Of a DNA stretch of 64,000 nucleotides, positions 47,201-56,709 are shown piece by piece. The DNA lies in NCBI GenBank assembly GCA_023384575.1, contig JAHDVP010000005.1, positions 66,531 to 130,530 of the forward strand, read 5' to 3'. The first letter of the stretch is position 1. Each line of letters opens with the position of its first letter. Under the pieces are notes generated by a model. It saw only the letters and a list, made by a program, of their open reading frames with translations, was not told the DNA's origin and ran no database searches. Position numbers and translations under genes: made by a program. Source of the stretch: Acidobacteriota bacterium (GTDB lineage Bacteria > Acidobacteriota > Vicinamibacteria > Vicinamibacterales > JAFNAJ01).

Positions 47201-47776
47201 CACGCCGACGACCTGCGGGCCTTCGGCGCAAAGCGCGTGCACGAGCTCACCGACGCCGACGTCGACACGACGGTCGGCGTCGGGGGCGTCGTCGCGGCCC
47301 TCCGCCCGGCCAAGACCCGCTCGGGCGACCCGATGGCGACCTTCACGCTCGACGACGAAGGGGGCGCGATCGAGGTCGTGGCCTACCCGGACGTGTTCCG
47401 GCAGGCGGGCCACCTCGTGGTCAGCGACGCGATGCTCGTCGTGCGCGGCAAGTACGAACGCCGCGAGGGCGCGGACGCCGCCCGCCTCCTGGCCCACGAG
47501 CTGATTCCGATGGCGGCCGTCTGCGAACGCGTGTCACGCGCCGTGACCATCCGCGTCGCCGCGCCGCCGCACGGGCGGCGGACCTTCGAGGCCCTCGCCG
47601 ACGTCCTCGTCCGGCATCGTGGCGACCGGCGACTGCTGTTCGAGGTCGAGCTGCGCGCGGCGCCACGCGCCCTGCGGGTCACGGCGGACGTCCCGCAGTT
47701 CAAGGTCAGGCCGTCCGAGCGGCTCGTGGCCGACGTGGAGCGGATCTGCGGAGCGGGAACCGTCAGCCTGCGGTGA
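44261..47776 (+). CDS. dnaE: DNA polymerase III subunit alpha
   Basis: 1171 aa from ATG 44261, 2 nt after the guaA stop. PHP domain FVHLHLHTEYSLLDG, GRGSAAGS, and the polymerase core PDIDIDF. No intein-sized insertion. Confidence 0.97.
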   Translation: MPEFVHLHLHTEYSLLDGACRVDELVGQAAALGMPALAVTEHGNLFSTVVFYDAARKHGVKPIVGCEVYVAPGDRRTKSGTPGETASHLVLLAETNEGYHNLIKLVSAGYTEGFYYKPRIDKDLLARHADGLIGLSSCLKGEVATGLRTDQARRALDAAATYRDILGRGNFFLEMQFQGIEEQRTVNAGLLPIARDLDLPLVCTNDVHYLRCDDAKPHDILLCIGTGKSVNDRQRLRYHGDQFYLKTPAEMAAIFGDHPDALANTVRIAERCSVTLPEKEYFLPNFEVPEGFTLDGYFEHVVRQGFAERLPRLRELAGRGLLKAPLAVYEDRLAYEIAMIRQMQYPGYFLIVWDFIRYARERAIPVGPGRGSAAGSVVAWCLRITDVDPIEFDLIFERFLNPERVSLPDIDIDFCERRRGEVIEYVTRKYGRENVAQIITFGTMKAKAVVRDVGRVLDLSYAEVDRVAKLIPSTLDIRLERAIEENPQLAELEKKDPRVKELLDIGKRLEGISRHASVHAAGVVIAPRAITDFAPLYKDAKGQVVTQWAMKEIERVGLLKMDFLGLSTLTLIFDAVEEIARTTGERLDLEAVPLDDPRTYDLFSAGQTLGVFQFESSGMRETLRKAKPQRFDDLIALNALYRPGPLKGGVVDDFIGRRHGRKKIEYELPQLEPILNDTYGVIAYQEQVMRIARDLGGFTMGEADILRKAMGKKDPEVMKRQRDRFVEGAVSGGVAEAKATRIFDLMEYFAGYGFNKSHSTTYAYLAYQTGWLKANYPRHFMAALLTIESQNTDKLALYLGECRDLGVAVLPPDVNRSGLGFVVEPEGIRYGLGGVKNVGEGAIQSVLCARDARGGRIDSIFALCEDVDLRLVNKRVLESLVKAGAFDEVDGGDPAWAGQSIALRRARLHASVDRALEHGSRLQKDRERGQSQLFGGDVLGGDGLSGRAPLATVAAWSETEQLVFEKEALGLYLSGHPLSKHADDLRAFGAKRVHELTDADVDTTVGVGGVVAALRPAKTRSGDPMATFTLDDEGGAIEVVAYPDVFRQAGHLVVSDAMLVVRGKYERREGADAARLLAHELIPMAAVCERVSRAVTIRVAAPPHGRRTFEALADVLVRHRGDRRLLFEVELRAAPRALRVTADVPQFKVRPSERLVADVERICGAGTVSLR

Positions 47777-47832
47777 CGGCCGGCGGGGAACCGGCCGGCC
47801 GGCGCGCGCCGCGCGCGAGGGAGAGAACGACG

Positions 47833-48804
47833 TTGCCAAGCGACCTGCTCGAGTTCGAAGAGCCCGTGGCGGTACTGCTGAAGGAAATCGAGGCCCTCGA
47901 GATGCTGCCCAAGACCGAGCAGCGTGTCACGGCCATCGAGCGCCTGCGCCAGCGCACCGACGAGATCCGCGCCGAGATCTACGCCAGCCTGCAGCCGTGG
48001 CAGCGCGTCCTCGTCGCACGCCACCCCAATCGACCGTACATGCTCGACTACGTCGAGCGGCTCTTCACCGGCTTCCACGAGATCCACGGCGACCGCCGCT
48101 TCGCCGACGACCCGGCCATCGTGACGGGGTTCGCCTCGTTCCACGGCCAGCCCGTGCTCGTCGCCGGGCACCAGAAGGGCCGCGACGTCAAGCAGAAGGT
48201 GGTGCGCAACTTCGGCTACGCACGCCCCGAGGGATACCGCAAGGCGCTGCGCGCGTTCCGTCTCGCGGAGAAGTTCGCGCGCCCGATCCTCGTCTTCGTG
48301 GACACGCCGGCGGCGTACCCGGGCGTCGAGTCGGAGGAGCGCGGCATCTCCGAGGCGATTGCCGTCAACCTGCGCGAGATGATCCTGCTCGAGGTGCCGG
48401 TCATCATCGCCGTCACGGGAGAGGGAGGAAGCGGGGGAGCGCTGGGGCTCGCCATCGGCGACCGCGTCCTGATGCAGGAATACGCCGTCTACAGCGTCAT
48501 CCCGCCAGAGGGCTGCGCCGCCATCCTCTGGCGTGACGCGACCCGGAAGATCGAGGCGGCCGAGGCCCTGAAGATCACCGCGCCCGACCTGCTGGCGCGG
48601 GGCGTGATCGACGAAATCGTACCGGAGCCCGGCGGCGGGGCGCACGGCAACCCCGTCTCGGCCACCGGGGCGCTCGACGAAGCCTTGCAGCGCGCGCTGG
48701 CCGAGGTGAGCGCGCTGCCGCCCGCCACGCGCCTCGAACGCCGGTATCGGAAGTTCAGGCACATCGGCCGCCAGGGCGTCGACTTCGTCGACGCCGCCCC
48801 CTGA
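47833..48804 (+). CDS. accA: acetyl-CoA carboxylase carboxyltransferase subunit alpha
   Basis: 323 aa from TTG 47833, preceded by an SD GAGGGAGAGA. LEFEEPVAVLLKEIEAL, RPYMLDY, VFVDTPAAYPGVESEERG and GEGGSGGAL motifs. The conserved dnaE-accA synteny is present. Confidence 0.93.
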   Translation: MPSDLLEFEEPVAVLLKEIEALEMLPKTEQRVTAIERLRQRTDEIRAEIYASLQPWQRVLVARHPNRPYMLDYVERLFTGFHEIHGDRRFADDPAIVTGFASFHGQPVLVAGHQKGRDVKQKVVRNFGYARPEGYRKALRAFRLAEKFARPILVFVDTPAAYPGVESEERGISEAIAVNLREMILLEVPVIIAVTGEGGSGGALGLAIGDRVLMQEYAVYSVIPPEGCAAILWRDATRKIEAAEALKITAPDLLARGVIDEIVPEPGGGAHGNPVSATGALDEALQRALAEVSALPPATRLERRYRKFRHIGRQGVDFVDAAP

Positions 48805-48818
48805 CGCCGGCCGCGATC

Positions 48819-50585
48819 ATGCGTCCCAGACTCTGGACGCGTCGCGCAGAGGCCGCCGGCGTCGAGGCCGACCGGCTGGCGGCCGCGATGGGCGTCGCGC
48901 CGGTCATCGCGCGCCTCCTCGTCCAGCGCGGCCTCTCCGACCCGGACGAGGCCGCGCGTTTCCTCGCCCCTCGACTCGAGCACCTCGTCGACCCGTTTCG
49001 CCTGACCGACCTCGGCCGAGCCGTCGACCGGCTGCTCGCGGCGATCGATGGCCAGGAGTCGATCGCGATTCACGGCGACTACGATGTCGACGGCATCACG
49101 TCGACCGTGATCCTGCGGCGGGCGATCGAACTGCTCGGCGGGCGCGTGGCGCACTTCCTCCCAGAGCGCGTCCGCGACGGCTACGGGCTCCAGGTGCCCG
49201 CCGTCGAGCGCCTGCACGCCGACGGCGTCGGCCTCCTGGTGTCGGTCGACTGTGGCATCCGCAGCCTCGACGCCGCCGCGCGGGCACGCGACCTCGGCAT
49301 CGACCTGATCGTCACCGATCACCACGAGCCCGATGCCACGCTGCCCCCGGCCCTCGCCGTCCTCAACCCCAAGCGGGCCGACTGCGCCTACCCGGACAAG
49401 CACCTCGCGGGCGTGGGCGTGGCGCTCAAGCTCGTGCACGGGTTGTGCGCAAGGCGCGGCCGCGAGCACTGGCTGCCGGCATTCGTGAAGATGGCGGCCA
49501 TCGGCACCATCGCCGACGTGGTGCCGCTCGTGGGCGAGAACCGCGTCATCGCCAAGCTCGGCCTCGAGTTGCTGTCCAACGGGCGCCACAAAATCGGCCT
49601 GCGGGCCCTGCTCGAGGTCGCCGGTCTCGCCGGCCGCCAGGTCGACGGCCACCACGTGGGCTTCTTCCTCGGGCCGAGGCTGAACGCCGCGGGCCGCATG
49701 GGCTCGCCAGAGCTCGCCGCCCGGCTCCTGCTGCTCGACGACGAGCGCGACGCGCCGCTCGCCCGCGACCTCGCGACCCGCCTCGACGAGGAGAACAAGA
49801 AGCGGCAGGCGGAGGAAGCCGCGATCCTCGCGGCCGCCAGGCGGGCCATCGAGGCCGATCCGGACATCGGGGCGCACAACGCGCTCGTCGTGGCTGGCGA
49901 GGGCTGGCACCGCGGCGTCGTCGGCATCGTCGCGTCGAAGCTCGTCGAGAGCTTCCATCGTCCGGTCGTGGTGCTGGCCGTCGAGGACGGCGTCGCGCAC
50001 GGATCCTGCCGCAGCATTCCGGCCTTCGACATGCTGGGCGGACTCGAACGCTGCAGCGACCTGCTGCTGCGGTTCGGCGGCCATCGGCAGGCCGCGGGGC
50101 TGTCGCTCGAGGCCGGGCGGGTTGGCGACTTCAGGCGCCGCCTGACCGCGCACGCCAACGAGGTCCTCGAGCCCGACGACCTCCGGCCGCGGCTCGGCGT
50201 CGATCTGCCCCTTCGGCTGGCGGAGATCACGCCGGCTCTCGTCGAGGGACTCGCGCAGCTCGCCCCGTTCGGCCTCGGCAACGAGCGCCCCGTCTTCTCG
50301 AGCGGCGGCGTCGAAGTGGTCGACGGACCGTCGCGCCTCAAGGAGCGCCATCTGGTGATGACCGTGCGACAGGACGGCCGCCGGTTTCGCGCCATCGCGT
50401 GGCGGGCCGCCGAACGGCAGCGGCTCTTCGACGCCCTCCGTTCGGGACTCGACGTCGCCTACCACGTCGAGCGCAACACCTTCCGAGACGAGACGACGAT
50501 CGAGCTGCAGGTGCTCGACGCCCGCGCGCCCGGCGGGGCGACCGAGGACGCCCCCGCGTCCGACGCTCCCGAGGGGATGCGGTAG
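48819..50585 (+). CDS. recJ: single-stranded-DNA-specific exonuclease RecJ
   Basis: 588 aa. DHH motifs IAIHGDYDVDGITS, VSVDCG, LIVTDHH, and DHHA1 GGHRQAAG. Confidence 0.95.
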   Translation: MRPRLWTRRAEAAGVEADRLAAAMGVAPVIARLLVQRGLSDPDEAARFLAPRLEHLVDPFRLTDLGRAVDRLLAAIDGQESIAIHGDYDVDGITSTVILRRAIELLGGRVAHFLPERVRDGYGLQVPAVERLHADGVGLLVSVDCGIRSLDAAARARDLGIDLIVTDHHEPDATLPPALAVLNPKRADCAYPDKHLAGVGVALKLVHGLCARRGREHWLPAFVKMAAIGTIADVVPLVGENRVIAKLGLELLSNGRHKIGLRALLEVAGLAGRQVDGHHVGFFLGPRLNAAGRMGSPELAARLLLLDDERDAPLARDLATRLDEENKKRQAEEAAILAAARRAIEADPDIGAHNALVVAGEGWHRGVVGIVASKLVESFHRPVVVLAVEDGVAHGSCRSIPAFDMLGGLERCSDLLLRFGGHRQAAGLSLEAGRVGDFRRRLTAHANEVLEPDDLRPRLGVDLPLRLAEITPALVEGLAQLAPFGLGNERPVFSSGGVEVVDGPSRLKERHLVMTVRQDGRRFRAIAWRAAERQRLFDALRSGLDVAYHVERNTFRDETTIELQVLDARAPGGATEDAPASDAPEGMR

Positions 50586-50614
50586 ACTCGACGGGAGGAC
50601 CGGCACTCTCGATC

Positions 50615-52759
50615 ATGCGGTGGCAGCGTCTCCTTCGCCCCGCCCTGGCGGTATTCGCCGTGGGCTTCGTCATCGTCCTCGTCCTGGCGATCCGGCCGCG
50701 GCCGGCGATGCAGGGCGGGCAGGTGGTGGAGCGGACCGATCCCGAGGCCGTCGCCGAGACCGAAGGCGGCGTGCTCTCCGTCGCGCGCGGGGCGGAAGCG
50801 CACCTCCGAGTCGAGTACGCCCGCCTGCTGACGTATGCCGACGGGTCGTCCCGCTTCGAGGACGTCCGCGTGCTCGTTCCCGACCGGAACGGGCGCGACT
50901 ACACGATCGAGGGCCGGCGCGGACAGGTGAGCGGCAACCAGTCGCTCGTGGATCTCGAGGGCGATGTCACGCTCACGGGGTCCGACGGCCTGACCGTCAC
51001 GGGCGAGAGGGCCTCCTACGACAACGGCGACGGCATGGTGCGCCTGCCGGGCCCAGTGGCGTTCTCGAGAGGACGGATGGCGGGCACGTCGATTGGCGCG
51101 ACGTTCGATCAGCGCCGCGACGTCCTGTGGCTGCTCGAGCGCGCGCGGGTCACCATCGCGCCGGACGAGACGGGCGCGGGCGAGGCCAGGATCGAGGCCG
51201 ATGCGGCCGGCTTCGCGCGGGCCGAGCACTACCTGCGCTTCACTGGCGCCGTGCGGCTCGAGCGTGGCGGGCAGGTGGTCGAGACCGACAGCGCCGTCGC
51301 CTACCTCGACGAGGCCGGCGAACGGGTCGAACTGCTCGAGCTGCGAGGCAACGCGCGGGTCTCGCGTCAGGCTCCGGCACCCGGCGGCCTCGAGGCCATG
51401 ACCGCTCGGGACATGAACCTCCTCTACGGAGGCGACGGGCAGACGCTCGAGCGGGCCACGCTCGCCGGGACGGCCGCGATCGGGCTCGCCGGCGAGGGCG
51501 GACGGCCGGGCCAGCGTCTGGCCGCCGACTTCCTCGACATCGGGCTCGACGCCGACGGCGCCACGATGACGTCGCTCGTCGCCCGAGATGGGGTGGAGCT
51601 CGAGCTGCCGGCCACGGGCGCGACGCCGGCCCGCCGGATTCGTTCGCGGGTGCTGGAGGCCTCGGGCGCAGCGGGCAAGGGGCTGACGAGCGCGCGCTTC
51701 ATCGACGACGTCGAGTTCAGGGAGACGCGCGCCGCCACCCGCACGAGCGCGGCCATCGATCGCGACGTCCGGGCCCGCGAGCTCGACGCCGACGTGACCG
51801 GGGGCCTCGGGGCCATCGAGACGGCCCGGTTCGGCGGCGGTGTCCGGTTCCGGGACGGCCCGCTCGACGCCGTGGCCCCCGATGCGACGTACGCGGTCGC
51901 GTCGGGGCGGCTCCACCTCGTGGGGCAGGGGACGCGCGTGAACGACGAGCGGGCGACCATCCAGGCCCGCACCATCGACGTGACGCTCGACGGACGTGGC
52001 CTCGAGGCCGACGGCGACGTCCGCAGCGTGCTCAAGGCCGCCACGGGCGACACGGAGCGCCGGCGCACGGGAGGCGAGGCGGGCGGTGCCGTGCAGCGGC
52101 CCAGCATGCTCCGGGACGACCAGCCGGTGAACGTGACCGGGTCGCACATGGTCTACGACAGCGACACGGGACAGGCCACCTACACCGGCGACGCGCGCCT
52201 CTGGCAGGGAGAGACCGCCGTGCAGGGTGCGACGCTCGTGCTCGACGACCGGGCGGGCAACCTGACGGCGACCGGCGGGGTTCGTTCGACGTGGCGTCTG
52301 GAAGACACCGATGCCAAGACCGGGAAGACCGAAACGAAGACCACTATCGCGACGGCCGAGCAGCTCGTGTACGAGGAGGCGCGCCGCCTGGCGACCTACA
52401 CGACCAACGCGCGGATGAACGGGCCCGAGGGCGACCTCCGCGCCGCGCGCATCGAACTCTTCCTCGACGAGACGGGCCGGGCGCTCGAACGGGCGGAAGC
52501 GTACGAGGCGGTCACGCTGCGCTCCGACCTGCGCTGGTCGGTCGGCGACCGGCTCACGTACTTCGCGGCGGACGCGCGCTACGTGATGAGCGGCGCGCCG
52601 GTGCGCATCTACGAACAGCAGGCGCAGGAGTGCCGCGAAACCACCGGTCGCACTTTGACTTTCTACAGGTCGACTGATAGCATTTCCGTCGACGGCGACC
52701 AGGAACAACGCACCGAAACGAGGTCGGGCGGGAAGTGCCCGGTGCCTCCGGCGGGGTGA
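50615..52759 (+). CDS. membrane-anchored multi-repeat LptC/LptA (OstA-like) protein
   Basis: 714 aa from ATG 50615, with an SD GGGAGGA. N-terminal TM LRPALAVFAVGFVIVLVLAI. Many OstA-type repeats of the form A..a.Yd...g...l.G.V (VTGERASYDNGDGMVRLPG, VTGSHMVYDSDTGQATYTGDARL, ATAEQLVYEEARRLATYTTNARM). Sits immediately upstream of lptB-rpoN. Confidence 0.7.
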   Translation: MRWQRLLRPALAVFAVGFVIVLVLAIRPRPAMQGGQVVERTDPEAVAETEGGVLSVARGAEAHLRVEYARLLTYADGSSRFEDVRVLVPDRNGRDYTIEGRRGQVSGNQSLVDLEGDVTLTGSDGLTVTGERASYDNGDGMVRLPGPVAFSRGRMAGTSIGATFDQRRDVLWLLERARVTIAPDETGAGEARIEADAAGFARAEHYLRFTGAVRLERGGQVVETDSAVAYLDEAGERVELLELRGNARVSRQAPAPGGLEAMTARDMNLLYGGDGQTLERATLAGTAAIGLAGEGGRPGQRLAADFLDIGLDADGATMTSLVARDGVELELPATGATPARRIRSRVLEASGAAGKGLTSARFIDDVEFRETRAATRTSAAIDRDVRARELDADVTGGLGAIETARFGGGVRFRDGPLDAVAPDATYAVASGRLHLVGQGTRVNDERATIQARTIDVTLDGRGLEADGDVRSVLKAATGDTERRRTGGEAGGAVQRPSMLRDDQPVNVTGSHMVYDSDTGQATYTGDARLWQGETAVQGATLVLDDRAGNLTATGGVRSTWRLEDTDAKTGKTETKTTIATAEQLVYEEARRLATYTTNARMNGPEGDLRAARIELFLDETGRALERAEAYEAVTLRSDLRWSVGDRLTYFAADARYVMSGAPVRIYEQQAQECRETTGRTLTFYRSTDSISVDGDQEQRTETRSGGKCPVPPAG

Positions 52760-52910
52760 GGGCCGTGTCGTCCGTCAGCCGTGACCTCGCGAGTCAGGCC
52801 CGCGCCTCCGGCTGGGGCGCACCGACCGGGACATCCGCAGGAGGAGCAACCGAGCCAACCAGGCGGCACGTCGGTCGAGTCGACGGAGAGATGCACGACG
52901 GACTGCCAGG

Positions 52911-53636
52911 ATGGCGACGCTACGGACGGAAGCGCTGACCAAGTCCTATGGCGGCCGCATGGTCGTCAAGGGCATCAGTCTCGACGTGGCGTCGGGCGAG
53001 GTCGTCGGACTGCTCGGCCCCAATGGGGCGGGTAAGACCACCACGTTCTACATGGTCGTCGGGTTGACGGCGCCGGACGCCGGGCGCGTGCTGCTCGACG
53101 GCCGCGACGTGACCGCCGATCCCATGTACGTCCGGGCGCGGAAGGGGGTCGGGTACCTCCCCCAGGAGCCGTCGATCTTCCGTGGTCTCACGGTCGAGCA
53201 GAACATTCTCGCCATCCTCGAGACGCTCGACGTCGACGCCGGCACGCGGAAGGCGAGGCTGCGCGAGCTGCTCGCTGAGCTCGGCCTCACGCCCCTCGCG
53301 CGGTCGCCGGCCTACACCCTGTCGGGGGGCGAGCGGCGGCGCGCGGAGATCACGCGCGCGCTGGTGATGTCGCCGAAGTTCGTGCTGCTCGACGAGCCGT
53401 TCGCGGGCATCGACCCGATAGCGGTCACCGACATCCAGAAGATCATCTTTCACCTGAAGACGCGCGGGATCGGGGTGCTGATCACCGACCACAACGTCCG
53501 CGAGACCTTGCGCATCACGGACCGAGCGTATATCGTGCATGACGGCGTCATCTTCCGGAGCGGCACGCCGGACGCGCTCGCGGCGGACGAGGACGTCAAG
53601 CGGATCTACCTCGGGGCCGATTTCCGGTTGGACTGA
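52911..53636 (+). CDS. lptB: LPS export ABC transporter ATP-binding protein
   Basis: 241 aa. Walker [10 protein letters not shown], signature LSGGERRR, Walker B VLLDEPF. Canonical position upstream of rpoN. Confidence 0.95.
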   Translation: MATLRTEALTKSYGGRMVVKGISLDVASGEVVGLLGPNGAGKTTTFYMVVGLTAPDAGRVLLDGRDVTADPMYVRARKGVGYLPQEPSIFRGLTVEQNILAILETLDVDAGTRKARLRELLAELGLTPLARSPAYTLSGGERRRAEITRALVMSPKFVLLDEPFAGIDPIAVTDIQKIIFHLKTRGIGVLITDHNVRETLRITDRAYIVHDGVIFRSGTPDALAADEDVKRIYLGADFRLD

Positions 53637-53697
53637 CCGCCGCACCGAGCGGATCACAGCACGGACCGGTCCCGCGTGGCGGGCCTCCTGAGCGGAT

Positions 53698-55128
53698 ATG
53701 GCGATTCAGCAGAAGCTCCACACGAAGCTCGTTCAGAAGCTCATTCTCACGCCGTCGCTGCAGCAGGCGATCAAGCTGCTGCCGATGTCGACGCTGGAGC
53801 TCGCCGATCTGCTGACGCAGGAAGTGGTCGAGAACCCGCTGCTCGAGGAAATCCCCACCGACGACCTGCAGCAGGTCGACGCGGCGGCCCAGACCGAGAA
53901 GCCAGAGCCCGAGACGCCGGCCGCCGAGAAGAGCGACACCTGGGACGACAGCGACTACGAGTACTTCTTCGGCGACTACCTCGACGATGGGTATCGGCCC
54001 CGCCAGGCCCTCGAGGTGAAGGAGCTCCCGCCCATCGAGAACACGCTGTCGACGAGCGCCTCGCTCGCCGATCATCTCCTGTGGCAGCTCTCGCTGCAGG
54101 CCAACGACGAAGCGACGCGCGAGATCGGCACGGCCATCATCGGGAACCTCGACGACGACGGATATCTCGTGGCCTCGGTCGACGAGATCGCCTCGATGGG
54201 CGAGTGGGGCCTCGACGAGGTCGAGCGCGTGCTCGCGCTCGTGCAGGCCTTCGATCCGATCGGCGTCGCCGCGCGCGACCTGCAGGAGTGCCTGACGCTC
54301 CAGCTGCACCACCTCGGGCTCGACGGCACGCCGACCGAGAAGATCGTCAGCGAGCACCTGCGGCTGCTCCAGAACCACCAGGTGCCGGAGATCGCCCGGC
54401 GCCTCGGCCTGACGATCGACGAGATCAAGCACCACGTCGAGATCATCCGCGGGCTGGATCCGAAGCCGGGCAGCCGCTTCAACCCGACGCAGTCGCCGTA
54501 CGTCATCCCCGACGTGTACGTCGTGAAGGTCGAAGACCAGTACGTCGCCGTGCTGAACGAGGAGGGGCTGCCGCAGCTGCGCATCAGCCCGGTCTACCGG
54601 CGCCTGCTCGACAAGGGCGGCGAGGCGAGCGACGAGACCCGCGCGTACGTGAAGGAGAAGTTCCGGTCGGCGCTGTGGCTCATCAAGTCGGTGGATCAGC
54701 GCCAGAAGACGATCCACAAGGTCGCCACGAGCATCATCAGCTTCCAGAAGGACTTCCTCGACCACGGCATCGAGCACCTGCGCCCGCTGGTGCTGCGCGA
54801 CGTGGCCAACGACATCGGTATGCACGAGTCGACGGTCAGCCGCGTCGTGAACAACAAGTACATGCACACGCCCCAGGGCGTGTTCGAGATGAAGTTCTTC
54901 TTCCACAGCGGCATCAGCAGCTCGTACGGCGAGAGCGTGTCGTCGGTGACGATCAAGCAGCGCATCCGGAAGATCATCGAGGCCGAGGACGCCCGCCGCC
55001 CGCTCAGCGATTCGAAGATCGTCAGCATCCTCCAGGGCGAGGGCCTGATGCTCGCGCGGCGCACCATCGCCAAGTACCGCGAAGAGATGAAGATCCCGAC
55101 CTCCAATCAACGCAAGATCCTCTACTGA
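53698..55128 (+). CDS. rpoN: RNA polymerase sigma-54 factor
   Basis: 476 aa. N-terminus QKLILTPSLQQAIKLL, HTH, and RpoN box ARRTIAKYRE. Confidence 0.97.
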   Translation: MAIQQKLHTKLVQKLILTPSLQQAIKLLPMSTLELADLLTQEVVENPLLEEIPTDDLQQVDAAAQTEKPEPETPAAEKSDTWDDSDYEYFFGDYLDDGYRPRQALEVKELPPIENTLSTSASLADHLLWQLSLQANDEATREIGTAIIGNLDDDGYLVASVDEIASMGEWGLDEVERVLALVQAFDPIGVAARDLQECLTLQLHHLGLDGTPTEKIVSEHLRLLQNHQVPEIARRLGLTIDEIKHHVEIIRGLDPKPGSRFNPTQSPYVIPDVYVVKVEDQYVAVLNEEGLPQLRISPVYRRLLDKGGEASDETRAYVKEKFRSALWLIKSVDQRQKTIHKVATSIISFQKDFLDHGIEHLRPLVLRDVANDIGMHESTVSRVVNNKYMHTPQGVFEMKFFFHSGISSSYGESVSSVTIKQRIRKIIEAEDARRPLSDSKIVSILQGEGLMLARRTIAKYREEMKIPTSNQRKILY

Positions 55129-55139
55129 ACGGAGGCCCC

Positions 55140-55697
55140 ATGCGTCTCGTGCTGACCGGGCGCAACGTCGACATCACGCCGGCGCTGCGCTCGCAACTCG
55201 CGCGTCGCCTCGCCCGCATCGGCCGGGTGCTCGGCCCGGCCGTGGTCTCGGCGCAGGTCGTGCTGACCCGCGAGAAGCATCGCCTCGTCACCGATCTCAC
55301 CCTGCACGCCCGCGACGACAAGATGCTGACGGCGGTCGGCGCCGCCACCTCGTGGCCGCTCTCCATGCGCGAGGCCGTCGACAAGGTGGAGCAGCAGGCC
55401 CAGAAGGTGAAGGAGAAGTGGGTCAGCCGCAAGCGCCGGGCCGTCGGCGGGAAGCGCCTCGAGCCCCCATCGCCGATCGAGCCGGCCACGGCCCCGGTCG
55501 AGCCTCCGCGCGCCGAAGCGCCCAGGCTCCATCGGACGCGCTACGTCGTCCGGTCGCTCAGCGCCGCCGACGCCGCCGCGAAGGTCGGCCCGCATCCCGA
55601 CGCGTTCGTGCTCTTCCGCGACGCCAGGAGCGGCGACCTGGCTCTGGTCTACCGACGCAAGGACGGGAAGCTCGGCCTCGTCGAGCCCGAGGCCTGA
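55140..55697 (+). CDS. hpf: ribosome hibernation promoting factor, long form
   Basis: 185 aa from ATG 55140, with an SD GGAGG. MRLVLTGRNVDITPALR S30AE-type N-domain, Pro/Ala linker, and C-terminal dimerisation domain (FVLFRDARSGDLALVYRRKDGKLGLVE). Confidence 0.9.
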   Translation: MRLVLTGRNVDITPALRSQLARRLARIGRVLGPAVVSAQVVLTREKHRLVTDLTLHARDDKMLTAVGAATSWPLSMREAVDKVEQQAQKVKEKWVSRKRRAVGGKRLEPPSPIEPATAPVEPPRAEAPRLHRTRYVVRSLSAADAAAKVGPHPDAFVLFRDARSGDLALVYRRKDGKLGLVEPEA

Positions 55698-55719
55698 TTC
55701 GGAGTCCAGACGGACCGCC

Positions 55720-56709
55720 ATGTCGTACACGCCGGCGTTCACCGTCAGCGCGCTGCTCTCGACCGCGCGGGCGCTCGGCGTGGACGTGGAGCTGCTCGCG
55801 GGCGAGACCGGCCTCCACCGCCGGATCAGCGTCGCCACGATCCAGAAGACGGGGCTCGCCCTCGCCGGCTTCGATCGCTACCTGCGCGCGGGCCGCGTCC
55901 TCGTCTTCGGCGAGAGCGAGGTGCGCTTCCTCGAGGCCCTCGACCCGGGGCCCCGGCGGGACGCCGTGCGGCGCGTGATCTCGCACGATCTGCCCGCCAT
56001 CCTCCTCACGGCCGGCGCGACGGCCCCCGGCGAGCTCGTCGCCGAGAGCCACGGCCGCGGGATGCCGCTGCTGCGCACCTCGCTGTCGACGCCGGTCGCC
56101 ATCTCGCGCATCACGACCCTGCTCGAGGACCGGCTCGCGCCCCGCGAGATGATCCACGGCGTGCTGCTCGACATCCTGGGCCTCGGCGTGCTCGTGCTCG
56201 GCGAGAGCGGCATCGGCAAGAGCGAGTGCGCGCTCGACCTCGTGGTGCGCGGCCACCGGCTCGTCGCCGACGACGCGGTCGAGATCCGCCGGCGGGCCGA
56301 GACCGTGCTGATCGGGACGTGTCCCGAGCTGACGCGCCACCACATGGAGATCCGGGGCATCGGTCTCATCAACATCCGAGACATGTTCGGCGTGGCGTCG
56401 ACGCGATCGTCCAAGCGGGTCGAGTTCGTCGTGCACCTCGAACGGTGGGAGCCTGGCCGCGAGTACGAACGCCTCGGCCTCGATCAGCAGACGCACCGGG
56501 TGCTCGGCGTCGACATTCCCATGGTCAACATGCCGGTCGCCCCGGGGCGCAACGTCGCCATCCTCGTGGAAGTGGCGGCACGCAACCAGCTGCTCCGCAG
56601 CCGGGGACGGCACGCGGCCCGTGAGCTCGTGGCGCGCGCCGACCGCCGGCTCGTCGAGCCGGAGGCCGCGACGGATGACGAGGCGCTCGACCTCGAGGAG
56701 GAGCGATGA
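55720..56709 (+). CDS. hprK: HPr kinase/phosphorylase
   Basis: 329 aa. Walker A GESGIGKSECALDLV, then HRLVADDAVEI and the signature MEIRGIGLINIRDMFG. Confidence 0.93.
   Translation: MSYTPAFTVSALLSTARALGVDVELLAGETGLHRRISVATIQKTGLALAGFDRYLRAGRVLVFGESEVRFLEALDPGPRRDAVRRVISHDLPAILLTAGATAPGELVAESHGRGMPLLRTSLSTPVAISRITTLLEDRLAPREMIHGVLLDILGLGVLVLGESGIGKSECALDLVVRGHRLVADDAVEIRRRAETVLIGTCPELTRHHMEIRGIGLINIRDMFGVASTRSSKRVEFVVHLERWEPGREYERLGLDQQTHRVLGVDIPMVNMPVAPGRNVAILVEVAARNQLLRSRGRHAARELVARADRRLVEPEAATDDEALDLEEER

Noticed and set aside
44213-47497. 1094-aa ORF antisense to dnaE.
   Set aside because: It fully overlaps a confidently identified dnaE on the opposite strand. Its translation is low-complexity and rich in Arg, Asp, Glu, Val and Leu, with no recognisable motif. 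Long antisense open frames are expected at ~70% GC because stop codons are AT-rich.
44317-48804. 1495-aa plus-strand ORF spanning dnaE and accA.
   Set aside because: Only its last 323 codons (from TTG 47833) encode AccA. The upstream part is an off-frame read-through of dnaE with an Arg/Gly/Ala/Pro-rich nonsense translation.
52781-53035. 84-aa ORF and an orphan GGAGGAG in the lptA-like/lptB gap.
   Set aside because: The ORF overlaps lptB out of frame and has an Arg/Gly/Pro-rich composition. No start codon lies at a suitable distance after the SD-like string.
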